Below, in pieces: positions 1 to 13,550 of a stretch of 64,000 nt of DNA. The DNA lies in the NCBI RefSeq assembly GCF_036321535.1, contig NC_087436.1:45758001-45822000 (forward strand). Reading direction: 5' to 3'. Below the pieces are notes generated by a model. The model saw nothing but the letters and a program-made list of their open reading frames with translations. It made no database searches and was not told the origin of the DNA. The position numbers and the translations under genes were made by a program. The stretch comes from Camelus dromedarius. Taxonomy: Eukaryota. Position 1 is the first letter of the stretch; every line of letters begins with the position of its first letter.

Positions 1-1547
1 ATTTTGCTCCAAAAGCCCATAAACACAAACCACTGACACCTACATGGAGATCATGGTGACAGTCTTATTATTGGAGGTGCAGTAAATCTCAGCATACAAG
101 ATGCCCACGTGAAGGTTGATTAACAAACAATGACTGGATTCAAGACAAAAAGAGGCTTCATGCTTCCTTCTATACTTGGGAGACACCCAAACAAAGAACT
201 AGATCCACAAAGAGATTGAGTTTGCGGGAGACCACAAGCTGCCTCGGTAGTCATCCACACAGCCACAGAACAGACAAGTAAACCTGTCCTCTGTCCCAGC
301 CGGGGTGTGCACATCACACGAGACCAGATGCCACAGAAAACATCTGGTCCCAACCAATTCACGAGGTGGGCAGTGGGGGAGGGCGGGTCTCCGGTTTGTG
401 AGGACGCTACCTGGGACCAGGGCCAATTGATGCCTGACTTTCACCAGTCACATTAGTAGCTCCTCTTTCTTTGAAGAAAAGGCTTGAAGAAGGGGAGAGG
501 AAAAAATAGAAAAAAACAAACACAAACAAACACCAAAAGGGTTCACCATAATACCTCCTTGCATTAAAATATCAAGATGGGAAAATAGACTCCCCCTCTT
601 GAGAAGGATACAATGATTTAAATTGTGAAGAATTTAAATCAAATAAAATGTTTAAAATAAAATCCTTTTAACAGATTGCTACTGTTGTATTGGCTTTACA
701 ACTTGAAAGTTATTAAGAATATTTAGCTAATTTATATGAGCCCATTATTAATTTTTACTTTAGTATACATTAATTTTCCTTTATAGAAGTAATACAAAAT
801 TATGCCAGAAAATTTGGGAAATTGAAAAAACAAAACAAAACAGCAAGAGGGAAAAAATTATTGCCCAAAGTCCCTACCATCTGAAGGCAACAACTTATAA
901 TGAATGCATTCTTCCTACTTTTTTTATAGGGCTGTGGTCATATAAATGGTAAATTTTAACTTAAAAAATAACACGTGTGTTTTCTGATGATAAAAGTAAT
1001 GTGTATTCATTGTAAAAAAAATTCTTGACAAATACGGAAAATAAAAATCACTCTAAAATCCACAATTAGTACACTATTACTTTATAGAAAGGAAAATGAA
1101 AAATGGCCACACCTGTGCTAAAGTTTTGCTTTACAAAGCTCTTAAAAAAGTCTCTGATTTTGAGTCTGCAAAGAAATCATAGTAGAAAGTTAAACTTCTA
1201 ACATAAGCTTCTATAGTTATACCTCTAAGATAAATTTACAACTTCTAAGGTAAATTCCCTCCCTTGTGGGAAATTATTCTGAAAACTTTTTAGCACATCA
1301 CTTTCTCAAATTTCTTAAACCCATTGTTTACACAATAGACCTAGAAGGAAGTGAAGATTATATTCAACCCAATGCCAAGTCCTAGTGGCTTCTCTGGGCT
1401 GTAATCTGAATTGATTATATAATCTAAACTGATTATAGCCCAGAGATGGGAAGGCTTTAAAACCAAAATTTAGAGACAACTTTATTTGAATCATGGCTAA
1501 GCTTTTAGCAAATCATATCAGTGAGGCATCATTAAAAGGCTGTAAGA

Positions 1548-1712
1548 CAGTGGTCTCATCCTCAGCTGTGCATTATGTAATCACCTGGGGAGCTTTTAAA
1601 ATCCCAGACAGGTAGGCCCAGACCAGTGAAATCAAAATCTCTGGGGGCTGGCATCAGCATATTTAAAAGCAGGTGATTCCAATGTACACTCAAGGTTGAG
1701 AATTCTGCTCTA
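1548..1712. mobile_element. MER5A-like hAT-Charlie element
   Basis: cagtggtctca...aatcacctggggagctttt...aatcaaaatctctggggg...aggttgagaa. Confidence 0.75.
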
Positions 1713-3699
1713 GGGAAAAATCATCGCACTCCCACCCCCAATAATACTCAGAATGTATAGAATGTCTTTCACCTAAATGGCCAACACATCTGTCATACAC
1801 TTGTCCCATGGTGTAGATTTGCAATAACCAGAGACAAAGTACATTTTTTGTCTTCCAATTGTATAATTTTTTCCAATTCTTAGTATAAATGTATTATATT
1901 TCAAACATATATAGTCTTATCCTTTTATTGTAAAGTTCCAAGAAATATTTTTAAATTCTCAAAAAATAATTATTATTCTAATAATTAATAATAAATAATT
2001 CTAATTCACTGAAATTTTGTATTCTGTGCTCCACTTCACATCATACGTACCATACATTAAAACTGCATATAAATTAAAAAATTTAAAGTAAAATACTGCT
2101 ATAATAAGTACAGAATATCTGGAGAATATATATGCAATTTGGGGATGGGGAGGCCTTTTTAAGCACAGTAATAAGGCTAGAAATAGTGTGAATATGGACT
2201 GATTTAACTACACAACAATGTAAAAGCTAAAAAAGACATTTAAAAAACAACGGAGGAAATTTTGTGATATATATATAGCAGATTACAGTCACTATCCTTA
2301 GTATTTAAATATTTTTACAAATTAAGCAGGCAAAGACCACCAATCCAACAGAAAGTTCCAAAAATAAGCCATTCACTGAAGAACCATAAACAAACAAAAT
2401 ATATGAGCAGATATTCAATCTCAGCAAGAAAAATCAATCAACATTGAAATAATAAAGATATGTTTGGCCACTTATAGTGGTCTCCACTATAAGAAGACCT
2501 TGGTGGGGAAATAACTCCAAAATATCCTTTATCCAGATTCACCAGTTGTTAACATTTTGCCACACGTGCATCATTAATCTCTTGCTCTCTCCAAATATAC
2601 ACTGAAGAAGAGGTCGCACACATCAGAATACATCATGTCCCTTTACACCTCAGTACCACATGTGCATCTTTTATTATCCTTTGTACAGATTTTGTTTACT
2701 GCCATTGAGTAAAAAGATAATAACCTAGCTCAGACTTGTTAGATACATTAGTGGATATCAAAACCATGAAACTATTCTCCAAAAGAATTTCCTTGGTCAT
2801 CATAACATTTATTAAACATCTGGCAAATTGGCAGACGTGGTTGCTTCCTTCTGAGAGTTTGGCTTCTAAAGCTTGACCACAGTGAAGAAACTTGTAGCCA
2901 TAAATCAAGAACTTTATTTGAATTCCAAGAGGGTACGAGAGGGCCACTTTATCCATGAGCAGGCTGTAATGCACACACATAAGCACGAACACACAGATGC
3001 ACACGCATATTTAAAGAAGCCAAGAAGCTGGGATACACCCCTTGAGCAATGCTTTGAAAATTAAAACCCTAGGTGTCCAATTTTACAAATGTGCAAATTG
3101 CTAAAGTGAAATAAGATTCTGCTAAGGGTAAAAGGATATCAGGATTGGCAGCAGAATGTGGGCAGGGAGGTGAAAGAGTCCCAAGGAAAGAGAATTTAAT
3201 GAATGTTGAGTTTGTAAGTATTTTCCTGGGATAAGGAAACTACTCCATTTGTTCAGAAGAAAGAGAATCAGCTGCTTTGTTTGGACCCTGGCTATAGAAG
3301 TGGTGTGTTTGGACATATGGCATAGATCATCTTTAAACAAATACCAAAAATGCCTGCCTAAAGCAGTAATAGTCTAATAATATACACACACCACTGAATT
3401 CTATCTAGAGATGCACCTTAATTGCATTCATACCAAAATCAATTTTCACTACTTCTCCTTAAATGTTGGTCTGTCCTTAACAAGCTGAGGAACCTGATAT
3501 AATCACTTAACATTTATTAACGTTCTGGCGTCTTTTTCAGTGTAAGTTAAACATATGAAAAATGATGATAATCATAAGCTCTGACAACCTGAAGAAAATA
3601 GTTTCATAACAGATTTCTATCTATAATTCAGAAGTGAGGCTTTAGCTGAGTTTCTATTTCCTACCTTCATTCTAATCTTTGATCTACTAGCTTATGTTT

Positions 3700-5400
3700 C
3701 TTTTCCTTTTTTTGCCTTTTTTAATTTGAAACAATTTCAAACTCACAAAAATGTTGCAAGTGAAATCTAAAATGTCCTTTATCCAGATTCACCAGCTGTT
3801 GACATTTTGCCACATTTGCATCATCAATCTCTTGCTCTCTCCAAATATATATTGAAGTTTGGGTTGCACACGTCATAATACATCACACCCCTTTACTCTG
3901 CAGCAGTACATATGCATCTCCTAAGAGCACAAATACTGATTTTTTTCTCTTATATCACCTCAGTACAGCTACTAAGGTTAAGAAATTTAGTATTAGTGTA
4001 ATACTTTACCTAATCAATCATCCTTATCCCAACTTTATAAATTACCTCAATAATGTCCTTTATACTTTTTTTCTCTTCAGAGTCCAGGCTAACATATTGC
4101 ATTTAGCTGTTTTTTAGTCTTTGTTCTTCCTTTATCTGGAACAATTCCTGCTGTCTTTAATGACATACTTTTAAAGAATACAGGCCAATTATTTTCAAGA
4201 ATGTTCCTCAGTTTGGGTTTATCTGCTCTTTTCTCATGATTTGATTCAGTCTACTGCATCCTCAGCCAGAATTACCACGTAAGTGATACTGTGTCCTTCT
4301 CAGGAAATTGAATATAGAGGCAGGTTATGTCTGTTGTCCCCCATCAGTGATGTTCATTTTGCTATCCTGTCAAAGGATTGTTCTGGTCATCCACTGTATA
4401 GTAGCTTTTTTTTGTCCCATTGCAACAATGAACAATCTGTGGGAAGATATAGAGAACCATGCAAATATCCTGATCCTCCTCAAATGGTTCCCCTGGGTTT
4501 ATCATCTATTGATGATTCTCACCCAAACCAATCTATCCTACGATGATTACGAAATGGGACTCCTGATTTATCATTCAGCTTTCTGCTGTAAGGAAGAGCT
4601 CCCACTTCTCATCTGTCTGTCTGTCTGTCTATCTATCTATCCATCTACCTACCTACCTACCAACCTACCTACTGCTGTCTACTTATATTATCAGTAATGA
4701 CTCATGGATTTCTACTTTATTCAGTGAATTACAAACTATTACTGTCTTTAGTTTTATGCTTAAATTTTCCCAGATTTAGTCAGGAGGAGAACCTTCAAGC
4801 TAGACTCAAGGGAGCTTTTGACATTGCCCTATCACTTTTCTGAGCACTTCCTTATATTCTGGCACAAGATGTTAAGGTTCAAATCTTGCCTTCCCTACCA
4901 GTCTTGAAGTTGGCTATTTCTCTTTCTCCAAGGAACTCTGGTTCCTCTTAGTGTGGTATAGTATTTAGAAGGCAAGATTTGGGATAGGTGTGCTCATTAC
5001 TATTGGAGTGCAGTTGCTTCTAGCTGTTCAGAAGGGAGAACTAAGTGGGGGCAGGGGTCACATATGTACATAGATGAGATAGACAGAGATAGAGAGCTAT
5101 AGAGATATGGATATGAAATAATCAGTTCATACCTTCAATTCCACATTCCAATCCACCCCACAAGGCTTTTCTTTGCCTTTCCCTATTCCATGTTTGTATC
5201 TTCCTGCATAGCAATCATCCTGCTTTCCAAGAATATCAACTCATTCACTCATGTACTTATTCCCACAGTGCATAAGAAATAATTTTAGAATTGCTACATC
5301 TATAATACTCTAAAAAGCAAACCAAAAAAAAAAAAAAAAAGAGTTCAAGATTCATTTGGGCGTTGTTCTTTCCCCTTAGTCTGAGAGTATATAGTAAAAG
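3700..5400 (-). mobile_element. Ancient L1M (L1MC-like) 3' region, degenerate
   Basis: Recalled L1MC-type 3' UTR motifs in antisense (atccagattcaccagctgttgacattttgccacatttg); boundaries approximate. Confidence 0.55.
4612..4672. repeat. (TCTG)(TCTA)(CCTA) compound tetranucleotide repeat
   Basis: Direct reading. Confidence 0.85.
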
Positions 5401-5416
5401 GACTGTATTCAAAGAT

Positions 5417-5718
5417 ATTTGGAGTTTGCAGATACTAACTACTATATATAAAATAGATTAACAACAAGGTGGTACTGTAGAGCACAGGGAACTATATTCA
5501 GTATCTTATAATAGCCTATAATGAAAAAGAATATGAAAAGGTGTATTTTTATACTTTTGATGATGTTAGAACATCCTAACCATGATTAAGGGCACAGGGA
5601 ACTATATTCAATATCTTGTAATAACCTATAATGAAAAAGAATATATACACATATAACTGAATCACTTTGCTGAACACCAGGAACAATGCTGTGAATCAGC
5701 TATACTTCAGTTTAAAAG
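5417..5718 (+). mobile_element. L1 3' UTR terminal fragment
   Basis: gcacagggaactatattcaatatcttgtaataacctata...ataactgaatcactttgctg, shared with the L1 tails at 19.4, 40.3 and 50.0 kb. Confidence 0.8.
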
Positions 5719-5954
5719 AAGACTAAGGGTTGTCTTTCTCTTTGTTCAAATTTAGTTTGATATCTTTCAGGAGTAATTTTCCCTCATACAGATTTTGAAT
5801 ATTTCACATTTCACTTATTTCTAAATATTTTAGATTTCTTGCTTTTGTAAGCAGTTTTCTTTTCCAAAATATCTATATTGGTTATTATTTGCATATACAA
5901 AAGTTATTACTTTTGGTGTGTTAATTTTATTAACCTTGCCATCTTGCCGATTTC

Positions 5955-6732
5955 TTTTTTTTTTATTTTTTATTGAAGTGTTGATTTACAATGTTATTTT
6001 CAGGTATACAGCAAAGTGATTCAGTTATACAGCAAAGTGATTCAGTTATAAATATACCTATGTATTTTTTTTTCTTTTCAGATTCTTTTCCATTATATGT
6101 CATTACAAGAAATTAAATATAGTTCCCTGTGGTATACATTAGGTCCTTCCTTGTTGTTTATCTATTTTATATATAGTAATGCATGCCTGTTAATTCCCAA
6201 CCCCTAATTTACCCCTCCCCACCCTTTCTCCTCTAGTAACCATAGTTTGTTTTCTATGTCTGTGAGTTTGTTTTGGGTTTGTAAATAGAATCTGTATCAT
6301 TTTTTTTAGATTCCACATATAAGTGATATCATATGACATTTGTCTTTCTCTGTCTGACTTACTTCACTCAATATGATGATCTCCAAGTCCATCCATGTTA
6401 CTGCAAATGGCATTATTTCATTCTTTTTTATGGCTGAGTAATATTCCATTCCATATATGTACCACATCTTCTTTATACATTATCTGTGGACAACATTTAG
6501 GTTGCTTCCATGTCTTGGCTATTGTAAACAGTGCTGCTATAAACATTGGGGTGCATGTGTCTTTTTGAATTACAATTTTCTCCAGATACATGCCCAGGAA
6601 TGGGATTGCTGGATCATAAGGTAAATCTGTTTTCAGTTTTTTAAGGAACCTCCATATTGTCCTCCATAGTGGCTGCACCAACTTACATTCCCACCAACAG
6701 TGTAGGAGGGTTCCTTTTTCTCCACATTCTCT
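5955..6732 (-). mobile_element. 5'-truncated L1 (ORF2 C-terminus + 3' UTR)
   Basis: ORF 6418..6681 encodes the L1 ORF2 end ([29 protein letters not shown]); poly(T) at left; TSD ccatc(t/a)tgc(c/t)gatttc at 5939-5954 and 6733-6748. Confidence 0.92.
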
Positions 6733-6749
6733 CCATCATGCTGATTTCT

Positions 6750-8060
6750 TTTATTGTTTGAGTTGTTTTTATTACTAATTCTTTAGGTTTTCTAGCATTA
6801 CTATCCTGTCATCTACAAATAGAGATAACTGTACTTCTTTTTCTGTTTCAATTTTTATATCTTTGTTTTCTCATGTCTAATTGAGTTGGTTAATATCTCC
6901 AGTACTATCTTAAGTAACAGTGGAGATAGTAGGCATTCTTTTGTTGTTCCTGACATTGATGGGTGCACCTCTGTATTCTCATATTATGTAAAATGTTGGC
7001 TTTATATATGAATGTGTGTGAATATATACATGTATATATACACACACACATATACATGTGTATATATACATCAAATGTATGTATGTCTACCCTAATCATA
7101 TCAATGGTGTTTCACATTTCCCAATCAATGATCTATGAGATGTGAGTATCATGTATAAAGCAAGTATCCACCCATTTTTACTTTCTTCAGAGCTTTTATT
7201 AGGAATGAGTGTTCAATTTTTTCAAAGGCTTTTTCAGAACTATTAATGTATTAATGATAGTAGTTTATATTAATAGATTTTCTAACATTGAATTATCCTC
7301 ATATTTCTTTATAAACCCTTCTGGGTCATGATGTTTTCTTAATGTAGTGTTGAAATTCGTTAACTCAAATTTTATCTTGGATTTTTTGCATCAATATTTT
7401 CACATATGGGAGTGGGTATAGCTCAGTGGTAGAGTGCATGCCTAGCATGCTTGAGGTCTTGGGTTCAATCCCCAGTACCTCCACTGAAAAAAAAGGCCCA
7501 CCTTTGGGTACCTAAGGAATAAAAATTCTTACATGATATATTTACCTGAAATTTTCTTCTTTTTAAACTACCTCTATCATATTTAGATATTAGTGTTATA
7601 CTCACTTTGTAAAAAGAATTTGGAAGTTTTCCTTCATTTTCTCTGAAGCAATTTAAGTAGCACTAAGACTATCAGGTCTCTTTCTGCAGGATTCCCCTGT
7701 CTTATCTGGGCCTAGTGACCTCTATGGGATCACTTCTTAATAACTTTTTAAAATTTTATTATAACTGCTCTTCTTAAGCTTTCTATCAACACTTGGGTCC
7801 ATTTGGTAAATTGTATTTCCTATGAAATGATACATGTTATCTAGGTTTTCTAAATTTTTTACATATAGTTATGCAAAGTAGTATTTTATGGCTTTATGTA
7901 CGTGTCACATGAATTTTTTGCTGATCACTGCTTTAAAAGTATCTCAATTTTTATTTGTAGATTTTAAAATTCTCAATGTTTTTCAGAAATTCTGAAATTT
8001 CTGCTTAGATTTTAGCTTTGACTCAAGCGTTAATAGTGGACGATCTTTTAAAAGTTTCTT
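6750..8060 (-). mobile_element. Ancient L1M ORF2 remnant, interrupted by SINE and microsatellite
   Basis: T-rich degenerate antisense L1 (tcctgtcatctacaaatagagataac; cattcttttgttgttcctga). Confidence 0.55.
7408..7530 (+). mobile_element. tRNA-Ala-derived SINE (camelid vic-1-like)
   Basis: gggtatagctcagtggtagagtgcatgcctagcatgcttgaggtcttgggttcaatccccagtacctcc: pol III A and B boxes followed by an A-rich tail. Confidence 0.85.
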
Positions 8061-8074
8061 AGTGGGAGGTTCTA

Positions 8075-8520
8075 CTTGGTGGATTGCAGATGGTCATACA
8101 TTTTTTACACATCTCCACTGAGAGGTGGGGTCTATTTACTTCCCCACTTGATTCTGGACTGTATTGTGACTTTTTAGATCAATAGAATTTATAGAACAGA
8201 ATACACTGTTATGGATGTATCTTATAATAGGACTATCAGTTGCTGCGTTGGTCTGTTGAATCCCTGTACCACCACATAGCAGTCTGACAACTCAGCTAGA
8301 GAGACCATGGGCAGAGCCCCGAAACTACAGAGAAGGAGAGGGACCCAGCTAAACCCAGGTTCCCACTGTATTAGAAGCATATCGTTCAACTCAAGCCACC
8401 CCAGCTGACACCAGAGGATCAGAAATGAACTACCCAGTAGAGCTTCTTGCAAATTCCTCACCCACAAAATCATGTGCAAAATATAGTGTTTTATACACTA
8501 CAACACTACATTTCAAGCCC
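8075..8520 (+). mobile_element. MaLR LTR (MLT1-like)
   Basis: gagaggtggggtcta...gatcaatagaat...caaattcctcacccacaaaatcatg, typical of MLT1 LTRs. Confidence 0.65.
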
Positions 8521-8529
8521 TAAGTTTAA

Positions 8530-9690
8530 ACCTCTTAGGATAAAGGGAAAATAGCTTTTTATCTTTCATAGCCTTAAAGCCCTGCATAACTGTGTAGAAG
8601 ATTCTTGGCTTGCATTTTCTTGCTCTGATTTTTCTGAAAATGCAGCTCTTCTGTATGTGGCTTTTTAGAAGTCTGATAGCAGCCTAATTTCCTTAACTTT
8701 ATAACTAATTTGATCTTTTTGCCTGGAGGCCATGAAGCTGCTTTTCTTTGTCTTTAAAGATGAATAGTTTTCATCTTTCTCTATTTGGTGCCTTGTGTCT
8801 TGCTTCCCCTACCCCCTTAATTCCCCTTGGGTTTTAGGAAGGCATGCATTTTGTTATTGTTGTTTTAAAGGGTCTTTTAAAATGCCTTTGAATCTCTTTT
8901 CCTACTTAACATTTTACTATCTGGTCTGTAATTCTTAAATGGTATCCTTTGACTCCCACATATTATTTATATAGCAGGCAGTTATCTTTCCTACTCCCCT
9001 ATTTCTCTCTTCCTTCTCCTCCCATTTCTTAGTTGCATTCTTTCTACTCTGTCAGGACGTACAATGCTCACATACTATCCTTCCACCCATATACCTATTT
9101 TTGTTTCAGTCTTTGTTTTACAGTTAAATGTATGAAATGATTGATGTCAGTGCATTTGCCTTAATCTGCAACTCTCGCCCGGACTTCTTTCCTTTCTCTT
9201 TTTGCCGTGTCTCTGAAGGGTACCACACTTCTTTAACTCCTTCTCCCCTAGAAACAACGCTTTTCCCAGGCTTCCAACTCTGATTCCACTCACTTTCAAG
9301 CCCCTTTCCTGTAGCTCGTGCTGTGAACTACCAAGTCCCAGACCTGAGGTCAGTATATTTGCATGTGTCTGTCTTTCATTTTCTGGGTGTGATTTTTGTC
9401 TTGGCTTCAGCTGTACTCTCAGCTCTCCTCTTTCTTGCAGTCTCTTAAGCCTTCCCTCTCTTGCTCTCTGTAACCCCTAAGTTTGCAGCAATGGGAGGAC
9501 ATCTGTTGGAATTTGATGTTTATTTCTCTTACAGGCAATCTGAAGTTCATGGTATTCTCTATCTCCTACTGATGCTAAAAATATGGTCATGTATGTTTTT
9601 ATTTGCATTTTTTGTTAAACTAATAGGCTCTTCTGGGAGGGAAGGATGCATGGAGGTAATAGGATTCAGGTGGTCACCATTTTCCTTCAG
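8530..9690 (-). mobile_element. HAL1/L1ME-like 5' region, degenerate
   Basis: Pyrimidine-rich antisense sequence ending ...ttcaggtggtcaccattttcc; family assignment tentative. Confidence 0.4.
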
Positions 9691-10547
9691 ACTTGCTATC
9701 TTGCTTTTTGAGATGTTTTCTCTCAAAATTCTTCTGTACTCCTAACCCTTCTTTCTTTGCTCATAGGAATCACAGAGAATGTGATAAGGAGCACAACATC
9801 AATGGAAATTTATGTAATTACTTCAAGAATTTAACTCCTTGCTACTGTCACAATGTTAAACACTTGGGAAATTCCATAAGATAAAAACAACTAGCAACTT
9901 AATAAATGATATATTAAAATAATGGCAATGATAGGAAAATTGCTGCTTTTCTGTAAGTACTTAACTACGTTGATAAATTATATCAAAATAATACATTAAA
10001 ACATTTTTCCTGAATAGTTAAGGAATGAGTCATCAGTGTTATATCCTACACCAAGGAGAAGAAAAATTACAATGACTCTCTCATCCAACCACTTAGTTGA
10101 AATTAACTGCATGAAAAGAGGACAACACAAACCTATCCATTGTGCATAGCCTAATTTTTCCACTGTTTAAGCAAATCAACAGTCAGGTATTTGCATACAA
10201 TATCAATTTTTTATAAATTAAACAAAAAGAGACCCCTTTTTCAATACAAATATTAGTGTTCTCATTCCACTGAAACTAACGAATACACTTTTATTTATTT
10301 TCCTTTCTTTCTGCTATAGCCCAGATCATTGACCTTTTAGTCTGCAATGTCCTTCAGTGTGCCTTCTGCATCATTCCTGACTTCTGGAATGCCCAGGAAT
10401 GTCCTGAGTAAATTTATGACAATATGGCTTACTCCACTGTTTTCTGACTCTGGTTGTTAGCCAGAAAAAATTGTTGTTTGTTTGTTTTTAATGTGGAGCC
10501 ATCCTCCTTTGTAATCCCAAAATTGCTTCTATATCCATTGCAAAGAA

Positions 10548-10700
10548 CAGTGTTTCTCAAAGTCATTACATCACCTGCATCATTCCCATGGGTTGAGTGT
10601 CAAAATGCAGTTTCCAAGGCCCCAGGCTGCTGATGGAATTTCTACCTGTAGAACCCAGGAGCCTCCATTTTAACAACCTACCCAGATGCTCCATAGCATA
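10548..10700. mobile_element. MER5-like element
   Basis: cagtgtttctcaaagt...aaaatgcagtttccaaggcccca...cattttaacaa. Confidence 0.55.
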
Positions 10701-10749
10701 GGCCTCCAGCACTAAGCTCCTAGGTCTCCCCACAGTCTGTGCTCCAGGT

Positions 10750-12588
10750 CCTTAACCCTTTCCTGCATGATAAAGTTTCCAGATGCCTGGTGATCTTAGT
10801 TGCCTTTCTATAGATAGTCCACAGTTGTTACCAGGGTCCTTCTTGATCTCGCACCCCAAATTAAACCTGATCCTGTAGAAATGGCCTATTAAGGCAGAGT
10901 ACAGAGGGCCTCTTACCTTCCTTGATCTAAATATTACTTAGCGTAACTTAATGCTAGCATTTTTAGCAACTACCATACATAACTCTGTTGTTTCATAGAA
11001 TGACTATTCAACTAAAGTCACAGATTTTTTTTTACTTGAACACCCGTATTTATGCTAATCCAAACTCAAAATTTTACATTTATCCCTGTTAACTTTAATA
11101 TGCCATCTTCTTAAGATAATTTTGAAGATTTGGTTTCTTCGTCTATCATATAAATGTGTTCCCTGATGGCTTCACACCGCATGAAATTGTCTCTAGTAGA
11201 AATCCACAGGTCTCTGTCCTTTACCCTATTCTATGTGGAGCTTTTATAATCTACCTGGGTGAAAATAAGGAGAGCACCTCTGGGTACTCTGCACCAAGAT
11301 GTTCAAAGGCACAGAAATGCCAGGCTTTCCTAAAGAAATGAGAGGGAATTATTTTATATTTTTTTAAATGATGGCGTAGAACGCAAATTCACATGGTTTT
11401 TAATCAAGACAGAGTAATTCAGAGAAATATCTCTTTTCCAGCAGCCACTTAGGACAGTTGCCCTGGTTTCTCCAGATGTACATGTTTACTTTCCCTTTCC
11501 ATTAGGAATATTCCAAAAAAAAGTTTGACATGCACCAACATAAGGTGCTCTGTTTATTTTGTTCTCTGCAGAGTTGAGAAGTCTATTTACAAAAATGCTG
11601 AATTGAGTAGAGTAAGGGCACTCCACTACAGAATTTTTCATAATATATAAAGCCATTTCTAGACATTTTTGAGAGGAGGCAACCCGTATGACTCCAACAA
11701 GTCAAGACAAACACTGGTAACTAGCTGCTATTCAATTTTCAAGCAGCCCTTTGATCTATCTGCCTAGTAACCTTATAAAAAATAAACCATATTAACTTAT
11801 CAAATTTTGTCCTAGGTTGACATTTGTTGGCTCCTAGTGACCATAGCATTCATTTCTGCATGCTCAAAAACAAGCCTTTAATGATCTGTTGTAAAATCTG
11901 CAAACATGAATCAAGTTGTCTATAATTTCCAGAATCCACTCTGGTCCTTTAAAAATAAAGAAGAAAGTTACCCATCTGTGGTCTTGCATTATCTCTCCTA
12001 TTTGTCATGACTTTTTGAAGACTACCAAACAGCAGCTCTGAGATTATAGCTGAAAATTCTGTTACCACCCTGGTACATAATTTATCTGGCCTCATTTTAA
12101 ACATCTTGGAGTTAGTTCACTATTCCTTAATCTACGTTGGGCTAAGATTCTCACTTTTTGTAATTTGCTCTCCATATTCAGTTTAAAAACCAAAGGGAAG
12201 GAAAGAAGGAAAGAAAGGGAAGGGAAAGAGAGAAGGAAAAATAGGAGTTAAATGATGCTGCTACTTCTCTCATATACTTTCCTTTATCATCTCTAAGCAT
12301 CAGACTTATTATTTCCTTGTTATTTTTGACCAAAAAAAAAAGCCTTACGTTTCCTTCTGGTCAGCTTTACCATTTTTTTTTTTTGATCCTTAATTTATTT
12401 GGGGCCTTAATTTATGACACTTTTATAATAGATTTACTAATTTCTACATTCATCCTTGGCTACTCTCCTTTCTTTATATCTTTTGTACATCTCATTTGAA
12501 ATTTGAGATTACTAAACAGCCATTCAACTTTCCTGAGCTTTCTCCCATTTTATTAGAATCATTTCATAATTATTCAGCAGAAGTTTGC

Positions 12589-12637
<49 letters not shown>

Positions 12638-13550
12638 AATCTCCCTTTGTTAGCCATAATCCCTTTTTGAGACTCAAGTCCCTGGGTCAAAATTTTGTTC
12701 TTTGAACTTTTTGTAAAAGTTTCCCCAGGCACCTGTCTAGCTCTATTCAGGGTTTGCCTTTCTGACCATTATAAACTATTAGCCTGGAGTTCTCAACATT
12801 TTTTATGTCATAGCACATCACAGATAACAGCCTCACATGTGACACACCCTCGCCACATATCCCAAGTTTTACAAACCTTAAATATATTTTGTCTGAAAGT
12901 AAAATAACGTAATCATATTTACTTACCACATCTATTGCTACATATCATTTATGACTGCTCATCACAGTGCATACAGTGATGTCAATAAATGGGCTGTGGC
13001 TTCTGTGGAATTCCATGCTGTTTGCTATAATGTCAAGTCTTTCTCTCCCACTCAAGGAAGCATACTGGTAAGAACATAAAAGCAATGATATCATCAAGAT
13101 AACCTTGACCACGCTCCAATTTTTTAGAAGTACATGATTTACAATTTAATTTCTTCTACTCTGTGTAACAAATTACTTGCAACTCACCTCATCTGCCAAG
13201 TCTAAGCTGAGGGTGACCGAGGTACTTTCTTTTGCCGTTAGCATTTCTCCACACCAACAATTAGCTTTTCCTCCTTGGGCAAAATTAAGTCCAGGCTTCA
13301 CTTGATTTTGATTCTGAGAGCAGTCAGTAATTTATCTCATCAGGATGGTGTGAGTCTCCTTTCTTGACCAATAACTTGCCTTTGTACAATCTGGGCATCT
13401 TTTGGCTCAGTAGTCTGTAACATTCTCCCACAATTATTTCTAATGTGGTCATATTTTGGCAGTCTGTTTATATGAGCCTTTTAAACATGGCAGTGAAATT
13501 CCATGATGTCTTTAGAATAGAGAAATGTACATTTTTGCAATCTTTCAATT
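10750..13550 (-). mobile_element. CR1/L3 LINE remnant, fragmented
   Basis: Recalled antisense CR1 motifs (ttttacatttatccctgttaactt; accctggtacataatttatctggcc; ttgttggctcctagtgacca); boundaries approximate. Confidence 0.5.
12592..12634. repeat. (TG)n microsatellite
   Basis: Perfect TG run of about 21 units. Confidence 0.97.

Noticed and set aside
1..600. EGF first exon, expected next by synteny
   Set aside because: I see no EGF signal-peptide exon or recognisable 5' UTR; EGF probably lies beyond the window start.
7408..7485. tRNA-Ala gene candidates here and at 14231, 17900 and 37120
   Set aside because: Mutated stems, A-rich tails and TSDs mark them as SINEs, not functional tRNA genes.
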